Below, one piece after another: positions 55,526 through 64,000 of a stretch of 64,000 nt of DNA. Position numbers and translations under genes: made by a program. The stretch lies in contig RQSC01000005.1 of the NCBI GenBank assembly GCA_013416795.1, positions 65,764 through 129,763 of the forward strand, given 5' to 3'. The notes under the pieces were generated by a model. The model searched no databases. It had not been told where the DNA came from and saw only the letters and a program-made list of their open reading frames with translations. The DNA is from Prasinococcaceae sp. CCMP 1430 (lineage: Eukaryota > Plantae > Prasinodermophyta). The first letter of the stretch is position 1. Each line of letters starts with the position of its first letter.

Positions 55526-55848
55526 GGCAATGTTTTAGATTTTTTTGGGGGTGGCGTTTTTGGGTGTGTTTGTGTGGCCCTCGAAGCCCTCGCGGCGGCT
55601 GCGGCCGCCACAGCGCGCGCGCCCGAACGCCGCCCTCGGCCGATTGAGAGGCGCGCAGAGGTCTGTGCGGAGGGCGCCCGGCGCCCACCGCTCATCAGCC
55701 ACCGCCGAGCCTCCACGCCACCCGGCGCCCCCGAAACACAGGAGCTGCAGGCCGCGGCGCTCGACAGGGAGGCCGCGCTCGCCCCGGCAGCAGCAGGACT
55801 CCGCCGACGCCGAAGCGTTGCTCGACAGAAGCAGCAGCGCCTAGGCCG

Positions 55849-56400
55849 ATGGGGGGTCCACACACGTACACCCACCGCTCATACGGCGCGCGCGGCCACC
55901 GCGGCGGCCCCGTCAACGCCGTGCAGAGCGCCTGCGCCGGAGTGGTCATCGGCATCGTCCTCATGCTCGGCTCGGCCGCGATGCTGTGGTGGAACGAGGG
56001 GGCGAGCGTCGAGCGCTACGAGACGCTCGAAATTGCGCGCAAGGAGGTGCTCGAGCTCGAGGAGGGCGCCACGCCGGATCCGGCCAATCGCGGCAGGCTT
56101 GTGCACGTCACTGCCACGGCGCGAGGTGAGATACTGCTGGACGACGCCTTCGGGGTGGCCGTGCCCGCGCTGCGCCTGCGCCGCGACGCGCGCATGATGC
56201 AGTGGGTCGAGCGCAAGTCGCAGAAGCGCAGGAAGACGTCTGGAGGCGGCACCGTTACGGACACGACCTACAGCTACGACAAGAGGTTCGAGGATACGCT
56301 CATCAGGGTGCGTGATCCCGCGCACCCGCGCGAATGCGCATGGTAGCGATTCGGAGGGGCGGGGGGTTGGTGATGGGGGGAGATGCCGGGTGCGCAGGTC

Positions 56401-56447
<47 letters not shown>

Positions 56448-57766
56448 GCGCGCTCACATCTAGTTGCGGCAACATGTCGATCGCGCATCGCCGCCGCGTG
56501 CGCGCGGCCGCTCTGTATGTGCATGGTGCATCGGGGCGTCGCCTTGCAGCGACTACGCGTAGTCCGCGCAGTGTGGCACGTGAACGCGCCGCGACGCTCT
56601 CGCTAGACCACTGATTGCCCCCGATCTCGGGGCCCCACATCACTGCACCCCAAAAATAGAGCGACCGCTTCGCGCACAGGGGCTACAACAACCCATCGTC
56701 CATGCCCTTCGCCACCAAGCTCTGGGACGCGCGCGTCCACCTGGGAGGAAATGATGACGAGAGCCCCACACAAGACCACTTTGTGCTCTCGCGCAACCTC
56801 GTGGGCGAGCTGAGCGGCTTCGAGCCCATCGCGCTGGACGCTTCGCACGCGACGAGCGACCGTGAGGAGGCGCAGGCTGCCATCGCTGCAGCGCGCGGGA
56901 CGGCCGAGCGCGCAAACGCGGGTGGTTCCGACACGGCGCTCGCCGCCACTCTCGGCAATGAGATGGCGCTCGCGAACTCGCCGGCAGAGCTGGCGTTTGT
57001 GCCGAAGGGATATAGCGTGACCGAGTCTCGCCTGCAGAGCTACCGCGTTGGCAACGCGCCCAAGGTGGGCGACGTTGAGGTGAGCTTCGCAGGAGTGCCC
57101 TCGGGGCAAGTTGTGAGCGTTCTGGCGAAGCAGGACTCGCGCGGCAAGTTGTCATCTTGGCGGCCCTCCGCCTCACAGTCGCGCAACGGCGGCAGCGAAG
57201 TAGCCGTTGTTGCAATCGGAAAGAAGAGCGCTGCCGAGCTCATTGCGGGTGAGGTGGCAGCCAACACGGTCAAGACTTTCGCGCTGCGTGGCGTCGGCGT
57301 CCTACTCATGGTCATCGCGTTCGCGGTGATGACAAGTCCCATCACAGCACTCGTCTCGATCGTCGAGGTCGTGCCGATCCTCGGTCCAATGGTACGCCGC
57401 GCGTCGGCGCCAGCTCACAACGTGGCACGCCTGGCGGCCCGGCTAGGCTTCAACTCGCGCCGCGGCGTGCTGCTGTGTGTGCGAGGGATGCTGCATCCAG
57501 TGCGCTGACCCCCTTGTCGCCCTCTGTGCATGGAACCTGATGCTCTCGCCAACCCACGCGCGCTGCTGCGTCTGGTGCAGGTGAGCGGCATCATTGGCCT
57601 TGGCGTGTGCGTGGCAAGCGTCGTCACGGGCCTCTCCGTGTCGGTGTCTGTGATCGCCGTGGCATGGCTTGCGCACAGGCCCGTGCTCGCCACGCTGGGG
57701 CTCGCAACTGCCGGCGCGCTGCTCTTCTTCGGCGCGCAGAAGGGGCGGGGTAAGCAAAAATTTTGA
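55849..57766 (+). CDS. TMEM43: TMEM43/LUMA family membrane protein, spliced
   Basis: LWWNEG, GRLVHVT, LRRDARMMQWVE, PKVGDVEVSF, VVSVLAKQ, E...N...TFALRGVG and AWLAHRP. Introns 56308-56659 and 57392-57580. Confidence 0.88.
56403..56445. repeat. Poly-C (43 nt) in TMEM43 intron 1
   Basis: Uninterrupted C run. Confidence 0.9.
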
Positions 57767-57968
57767 TTTTGATTTTTTGTGAGGCATCTCATCCTCCCTC
57801 GCCGATGAGCTTTCCCCCATGTTGAAATGCTCTCAATCCGCCATTTCGTAGAAAAAACGGGCGGTGCGCGCGGCGCCGCGGGGTGGAGTGCAATTATCTC
57901 CGTGCAGCGCAGGGGGGGGTGTTTGCGTGCGCACACTCACCCGCAGCCCCGCCCCCCTCGCTGCGGCG

Positions 57969-58034
57969 ATGGACGGCGGCGGCGGCGGGCTGCCCGCGCT
58001 CCCGCCGCGCAAGAAAAAGGGGCAGCAGCAGCAG

Positions 58035-58069
<35 letters not shown>

Positions 58070-60032
58070 AGAGGAGGATGAGCAACATCATGCACCGGGG
58101 GGCGAGCTAACACGTCCCAAAGGACCGGGCGCGGGTGTGGGCGATGCGATCACCGACAGTGCGGCATCGGCCGCGGCCGCAGAAGGCGCGCGGCACTCGG
58201 CGCTCGTTAACGCGGCGGGGTATGGTGAGGAGGCGACGCTACGCGACCTGCTGCGCGAGGCGGGTACGCATGAGGCGCAGACGGCACTCGTGCGTCGCGT
58301 CGATGCAGAGGGGCAGACCGCGCTTCACTTCGCTGCAAAGAATGGCCACGTGAGCGTCATTCACGTGCTCATTGATGCGGGCGCGTGCGTCGACGCGGCG
58401 ACGTTCCAGCATGGCATGCAGCCCTTGCACTGGGCGTGCTCGTCTGGCAGGGTCGACGCAGCGCACGCACTCCTCGGGTGCGGCGCGAGCGTCAACGCGC
58501 GCGACTCGCGGGCGGCCACGCCGCTCACGATTGCCGCACAGTCAGGCCACGCCGCGTGCGCAGCCTACCTCCTCAAGCACGGGGCCGACCCGGCTGCCAC
58601 CGACTGCGAAAACGACACTGCGCTCAGCTGGACCGCATACAACGGGCTCACTGAGCTGCTTTCGATGCTCGCCGCAGACAAAGCCCGCGTCGACTGCGAG
58701 TGGAAGGACGACTTTGGCATGGTGCGTATGCCGCCGCTGGGCAAAGCGCCGCCACAGCCGCCGCCCCCGTTGTGTGCGGGACCCAGTACTGACGCGCACC
58801 CCTCCTGATAGGCACCCCTGCACCTCGCCGCCCAACGCGGGCATCGCGAGACAGTGGAGGTGCTCATCGAGGAAGGAGTCGACCCCGCGCCGCTCGACGG
58901 CAAGGGGCGGACACCTGCCGAGCTCGCCGCGGAGAATGGCCACCAAAAAATTGCGGCGTTCCTGCGGCGAGCGGCCAGGGGAGGCTCGGGACAGGGTCCT
59001 TTTCAGAGCGCGCTGGAGTGCCGCTGGGGAGAGGCGTTCGGGGGGAAGGGGCGCTCGGTCGATGAGGGTCGGCGCGCGCTGGGTATCTACGCGGGCAACG
59101 TTCTCGTCGGCAATGCCTACTGGGCCACGTGCCTGCTTCCACGGACATACGATCTCCTCTCTGTCCACATGGTCATCTTAGCAATCCAAGCGTACATGGC
59201 GCTGTGCTGGTGGAAAACGGCGCATCTCGACCCGGGCAAGCTCGGAGATGGTGGGCCGCGCAGGGAATACGAGCGCGCCATCGAGGAGGTCGCTCGCTCT
59301 GGCACGCTGCCCGCCGCCCTGTGTCACAGCTGCCGCGTGCGCCGCCCACCGCGATCCAAGCACTGCCGCGAGCTCCGATCGTGCGTGCTCCGATTCGATC
59401 ATTACTGCCCCTTCGTTCAGAACGCCGTCGGGCTGAAGAATCAGGTGTGGTTCTTCGGTGTGATCAGCTCCACAGCCACGCTGTGCACGTTCATGTTCGT
59501 GCTAGGGTGCATGTCTATACACAGGAAAGGCGCAACGCTCGCACTCGCGCTCGGCTTGCTTGACTTCGGCCTGTGCGCTTTCGCGCTCAACGGCTTCACC
59601 GTCTTTCACGCCGTCTTGATCACACGCAACGTGACGACAAACGAATACGTCAACCACCACCGCTTATCCTACATGACCAAAGCCAACGGACGCATGTCGT
59701 CTAAATTTAGCAAGGGCGTGTTCCAGAACTGGCTCACGTGGTTCTCCTGCGAGGATGACTCGGCGTACGAGGGCGCCGTGCCGTCGCACGCCTTGACTAA
59801 GCGAGCGGCTCACCTGCAAGGCAGTGCGGGTGAGCCAGCAGCGAAAGGCGGTGGTGCGCCCACGGTGGTGCCCTTGGCTGGCACGAACTTCGCCAAGATG
59901 TCCGATCTCAAGTCAGGCTTGCTCGAAAACTTGACGCAAATGGCTGCACAAGCGTCCGCATCGGGCGGCGGGGCGGCTGCCGGCGCAGACGCTGAACACA
60001 TGCAGGAGCTGCTGAGGTTGGCTACAGAGTAG
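57969..60032 (+). CDS. Ankyrin-repeat S-acyltransferase (Akr1/TIP1/ZDHHC17-like), DHYC variant, with an N-terminal polyQ
   Basis: Ankyrin repeats (TALHFAA, PLHWAC, TPLTIAA, PLHLAA); CHSC...PPRSKHC...FDHYCPFVQNAVG; NVTTNE motif. Intron 58722-58811. CAG repeat at about 58024-58070. Confidence 0.92.
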
Positions 60033-60215
60033 TCGTTGTAGTGCAGGGTGAAAGGGTTCACATGCCTTTGATAATGTCAGACCTCTGCGTCCATCGCCGC
60101 ACGCACGCTGCTCGCGCCCACAGCGCGGACGCTCGTGTCTGATGCGTCCCCCACAGGGTAGGGCTCGTAAAGGATTACAGAGGCGGTGTGCACGCACTCG
60201 AGCGCATGCCGCACA

Positions 60216-62804
60216 TCACGACGTGGTCGCCTCAACGACGACACGAGCGCTGAGCGCGTCCGCAGCGCCCGCCCCGCTGTCGGTGACCTCGAGGACGAAC
60301 GTGCCGGGGACGCTGGTGCGTGCGCCGGCGTCCGACACCAGGCGGAGGTCCGCCGCGGAGATGGCAAAGCGCACGCTCGTCGCATCGCCAGCGGCGAGCT
60401 CCACGCGTCGGAACGCCAGCAAGCGGCGCTGCAGCGTGGCCGCGGCGGAAAAGCCTGTGGATACCAGCCTCTCTGTCTCGGAGGGGCGGGCGTAGACCTG
60501 CACGACGGTTGCCCCGGTGAGGTTGCCGGTATTTGTCACGTCCACCACCAAGCTCTTGGCTCGCGATGACTCGGACACTCGCGCGGCCTCCGTCAGACCA
60601 GGCCGCAGACGGGATTCCTCAAATTCGCTCCCTCCGCGAAGGAGACCATCGCTCCTGTCGGGCCAATGGGCGCGACTTGGAATACCCCCTGCGTCCACAT
60701 CGGCGCTGTCTTCGAAGCGCGCACTGCTCAACGCGAAGCTGGTGTAAGAGAGGCCGGCGCCGAAAGGCCAGAGCCTCTGATCGCCGCGATAGTACCGATA
60801 CGTTTTCCCCGGATACGCGGTCATGTCCATGTCGCCGTAGGGTCGCGACTCGTTCACGTATCCCCTCTTGAAAAAGGTGAAGGGCAACTTGCCACCCGGA
60901 TTGGCCTTGCCAAAGAGCGCGTCGGCTATCGCGGCTGCGCCTTGCGCCCCTGGGTAAAAGCCCACAAGCACGCCGGGTACTAAGGACGAGAGCTCCTCGA
61001 GGGCAGGCGGTGCGCCGCACAGCACGACAGCGACGACGGGCTTCGAATCCTCCGCGTCCGCGCCGCCCCGCAGCGCCGCCACCTTCCGCACAAGCTCCAT
61101 CTGCGCGCCCGGGAGCTCGAGCGTGCTGCGATCGTGCGCCTCGCGCTCGACGCTCGTGTCTAGACCCATCGCCAGCACGACGGTGTCCGCGGCGGCGGCG
61201 GCAGCGACAGCCGCTTCGAGCTCGCCTGCCACTGGCGCATCTTGCACGGGAATCGGAGCGATGGTGACGGCGCCTCCGGCATTGCGCGCGGCGATCTCTT
61301 GCCCCACGCCGCGCAGGCACGCGACATCACCGTACCCACCGGGACATTGTTGGCCGAGGTAGTTCCCTAAGAGCGCCCGTGTGGCGTTCGCGTGCGGCCC
61401 GACGATGGCAAGGCTCGTTGCGGCCTTGAGCGGGAGCACGCCACCCTCGTTCTGCACCAGCACCATCGAAGCGGCTGCCGCCTTGGCGCTCAGGGCGACG
61501 TGCTCGGGTGCGCCGACGGTGCCAGGGGGAACGTGCCAGTACGGCTGATCGGTGATGTCATCGAAGAGGCCCAGCTCGAAGCGCAGCGCGAGCGAGTTCA
61601 CCAAGGCGGCCTTCACATCTCTCATCGGGATGGTGCCGTTGGCCACGCCGGGCGGGATCTCGCGCAGGTAGGGGCTGCTGGTGGAGTGTTGCGTGTTCGC
61701 GTCCGAGTTTATGTCGGTTCCTGCAGCCAGCGCCGCCTTCACCGCGCCTGCCTCGTCCGGAGCGTACGAGTGCCCTCCCTTGCCCCCGAAAGGCCCCGGG
61801 CCGATGCCCGCCACAGCACCCGAATCCGAGGTGACGTAGCCGTCGAAGCCCCAGGCGCCGCGCAGCGTGTCTTCGAGCAGCGCCTTGTTTGCGCACGCGG
61901 GCACGCCGTTGATGGCATTGTAGCTGCACATGACGCTGCGTGCCTTGCCGCCTTTGATGGACGCCTCAAACGCGGGCAAATAGCTGTCCGCGAGATCAAA
62001 CGAAGAGACGCGCGCGTCGAAGTTGAAGCGCGTGATGTTGGTGCCGGGGATGTCATCCAGGTTGTACGCCGCGAAGTGTTTGAGCGTGGCGACGGCGCGG
62101 AGGTAGCGCTCGTCCTCGCCCTCCTGCAGGCCCCGCGAGTAGACGGCGCCGAAGCGGCCGTTGACCAGGGGGTCTTCCGAGGGGACCTCCATCACGCGGC
62201 CCCAGCGCGGGTCGCGTGCGATGTTTATGTTGGGCGACCAGCAGTCCAGCCCGATGGGCGGGAGGCCGCTCGCACGATTCTCGCCGACGCCCTGGCGCCA
62301 CAGCGCGCGCAGCTCCGTGCCAATCACCTCGGCCATCGCAGCCCACAGCCCTTCATCAAAGGACGCACCGAGCGCATTCGGGCTCGGGAAGGACGTCGGA
62401 CAGCGGCCGTCCGGAGCGCAGCGCGACTGCACGCCGTGAATGCAATTGCCGCCGAAGTCGTACTGCGGCACGCCCAGCCGCGGCACGCCGCCCAGCGGCG
62501 AGCGCCGCGCCGTCAGAAGGCCCGCCGCCTCCTCCGGCGTCAGCAGGTCGGCGAGCGCCGCGGCGCGCTCTCGCGCCGTTTTTGAGGCATTGCAGAACGG
62601 TTGGCCCTCGGCCGCGCCACCTGGCGCACACGGCTGCACGGGCAGGACGGGCGCCTGCGGCATGGTCGAGAGCGCCGCGGCTCCGCCGACCACCGCAGGC
62701 ACCGCCACTGCCGCCGCCCGCGAGCGCGCATTCACGCACGTGAGCGTGGCTCCGACCGCCACGCCGCAGCGCGCGCGCGCGCTGCCCACGCGCGCGCCGC
62801 GCAT
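60216..62804 (-). CDS. Glycoside hydrolase family 3 beta-xylosidase/arabinofuranosidase (BXL-like); 5' structure uncertain
   Basis: FCNAS...RAAAL, WSPNINIARDPRWGRVMEVPSEDP, KHFAAY, VMCSYNAINGVPACA, YVTSDSGAV, EREAHDR, GKTYRYY and FGAGLSYTSF. Confidence 0.93.
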   Translation of the reverse strand: MRGARVGSARARCGVAVGATLTCVNARSRAAAVAVPAVVGGAAALSTMPQAPVLPVQPCAPGGAAEGQPFCNASKTARERAAALADLLTPEEAAGLLTARRSPLGGVPRLGVPQYDFGGNCIHGVQSRCAPDGRCPTSFPSPNALGASFDEGLWAAMAEVIGTELRALWRQGVGENRASGLPPIGLDCWSPNINIARDPRWGRVMEVPSEDPLVNGRFGAVYSRGLQEGEDERYLRAVATLKHFAAYNLDDIPGTNITRFNFDARVSSFDLADSYLPAFEASIKGGKARSVMCSYNAINGVPACANKALLEDTLRGAWGFDGYVTSDSGAVAGIGPGPFGGKGGHSYAPDEAGAVKAALAAGTDINSDANTQHSTSSPYLREIPPGVANGTIPMRDVKAALVNSLALRFELGLFDDITDQPYWHVPPGTVGAPEHVALSAKAAAASMVLVQNEGGVLPLKAATSLAIVGPHANATRALLGNYLGQQCPGGYGDVACLRGVGQEIAARNAGGAVTIAPIPVQDAPVAGELEAAVAAAAAADTVVLAMGLDTSVEREAHDRSTLELPGAQMELVRKVAALRGGADAEDSKPVVAVVLCGAPPALEELSSLVPGVLVGFYPGAQGAAAIADALFGKANPGGKLPFTFFKRGYVNESRPYGDMDMTAYPGKTYRYYRGDQRLWPFGAGLSYTSFALSSARFEDSADVDAGGIPSRAHWPDRSDGLLRGGSEFEESRLRPGLTEAARVSESSRAKSLVVDVTNTGNLTGATVVQVYARPSETERLVSTGFSAAATLQRRLLAFRRVELAAGDATSVRFAISAADLRLVSDAGARTSVPGTFVLEVTDSGAGAADALSARVVVEATTS

Positions 62805-63761
62805 GGCTGTCAGTTGCCCCTCGCCGACTCCGATTCAGGCCCTATCAGACCGACGCGCGGGAAAAGCCAGGCGCCGCGCAGCTGCGCCCCGGAGCGCGCG
62901 CACGAGGCGGGGTCTGCCCCCGCACGCCCGCATCCGCCGGCCGCACGCCCGATCTGACACCCACCACCCACCCTTCCCGAGCCCACGCACCGCCAAGCGG
63001 ATGGCCATCCGCCGCCGCATCTCTCTCCCCCCCTCTCTCTTCCCCCCCCCCGGGCGCGTGCGCACCGGCCCGCGCGGCACCGCCTGCCCGGGCTGCCGCG
63101 CTCCGCCCTCCCCTCTCCATTTCCCCCTCGAGCCGCCCTTCATTCGTTTCGAGCTCCGCGAAGTCCCTCCTCGAAATTTCCAGGGCGCCTGCTTCGAAGG
63201 GCGCTCGACGCGGTGCTGCTCGTTCGACCCGACGTCGCTCGCGGCCTGGTCTGCCGACCCTCCTCACCTCCCTCGAGCTAGAGATAGCGTCTGGCGACAC
63301 CCGTGTACCCTGCACTGCATGCACGCATACATGTACAGGACACGCATGCATGCATGCGTGCCGTGCGTTCATGCGCGCGTTCCCCCAGTGCCGGTCGTTC
63401 GCGCGCGTTTCCGTTTCGCCGCGCTCGAGCGGAAAACGGGCGCCGCTTTTGATGGCGAAACGCTTTTCGACGCGGGCACGAAAATGCGGGAGGGGGGAGG
63501 GGGCAGCGGGATGCGTGCGTGGGCGCGGGCGCGGGATGGGGCAGAGGCGCGGGCGGAGGGGGAAGGGGAGGGAGGGGAGGGGGGGAGACGCGCGTGGCGG
63601 ACGGGTGGAAATACTCGATCTGGTTGTTGGGCAGATCGAGGTGCTCCAGGCTGGTGTCTCGAACGCACGCCCGGGATCTCTCGGGATGCGCTCGCTCGCT
63701 CTCGCCCGCGCGCGGGCGCGCGCGGGCTTCTCAGCGCGAGAGCGCACGGTGGGGGGCCGCC

Positions 63762-64000
63762 ATGGGTCGCGAGCACCCACCCGTGGATGATGATGGCGGC
63801 GGTGCTGCCGGTGCAGTCGCGGTGCCAGAGGCGGCGGCGCGCGCCTCTCAGAGCAAGCCTCCGAGCGTGCCGCTCATCGAGCGCCCCGCGCGCGCGGTCG
63901 CGGCCGCGCTGGGGGCGTGGGCGGCCGTCGTGGCGCGCCGCCCGTGGCGCGTGATCGTCGCGGCCGTGTGCGCGTCCGTGCTGCTCAGCACGGGCATGCT
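63762..64000 (+). CDS. Start of a Patched/NPC1-like (RND/SSD) membrane protein, truncated by the window end
   Basis: ATG 63762 in frame with LGAWAAVVARRPWRVIVAAVCASVLLSTGML, typical of the first TM context in this family. Confidence 0.6.
   Translation, partial: MGREHPPVDDDGGGAAGAVAVPEAAARASQSKPPSVPLIERPARAVAAALGAWAAVVARRPWRVIVAAVCASVLLSTGM

Noticed and set aside
56403-56445. Poly-C run as a functional G-quadruplex or i-motif element
   Set aside because: A single homopolymer whose length is unreliable in assemblies, with no supporting context.
7497-58811. Introner-like repeated introns
   Set aside because: By eye the introns share only splice and branch motifs and CG-rich composition, not extended sequence identity.
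8817-62804. Two GH3 genes plus hydrolases as a carbohydrate or metabolic gene cluster
   Set aside because: They are about 50 kb apart, belong to different GH3 subfamilies, and are separated by unrelated housekeeping genes.

Overview
High-GC, gene-dense eukaryotic nuclear DNA with spliceosomal introns and three assembly gaps. Gene content (WPP-type RanGAP, MBD9-like chromatin segment, plastid-type GST/FKBP/DoxX proteins) points to a green-lineage, probably prasinophyte-grade alga; this is inference. About 27 protein-coding genes can be supported: RanGAP, DUF1664-like, NCKX-type exchanger, two GH3 glycosidases, CFAP410, ACOT7-like thioesterase, DUF6632-like membrane protein, tandem GST-N protein, MFS transporter, COG4337/iota-class carbonic anhydrase, SDR, a tandem-PqiA membrane protein, fumarase, DoxX-like protein, USP36/42-like deubiquitinase, FKBP-like protein, class-3 lipase, an esterase, a Cache-EGF-TM-kinase-cyclase receptor, a double FG-GAP propeller surface protein, DDX3/Ded1, a bromo-DDT-PHD protein, TMEM43, an ankyrin-DHYC palmitoyltransferase and the start of a Patched/NPC1-like gene. 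No rRNA, tRNA, CRISPR array or recognisable transposon was seen. The most notable items are an iota-type carbonic anhydrase and an MFS transporter whose apparent start codons overlap in one CATG, a receptor fusing Cache-like sensor repeats to an intact kinase and a class III cyclase, a putative TULIP-like/tandem-PqiA fusion, a blade-shuffling FG-GAP protein, and introns built of self-complementary microsatellites. All family assignments come from motif recognition by eye, not database searches. The ORF track uses GTG/TTG starts, so ATGs and splice sites were re-derived manually.
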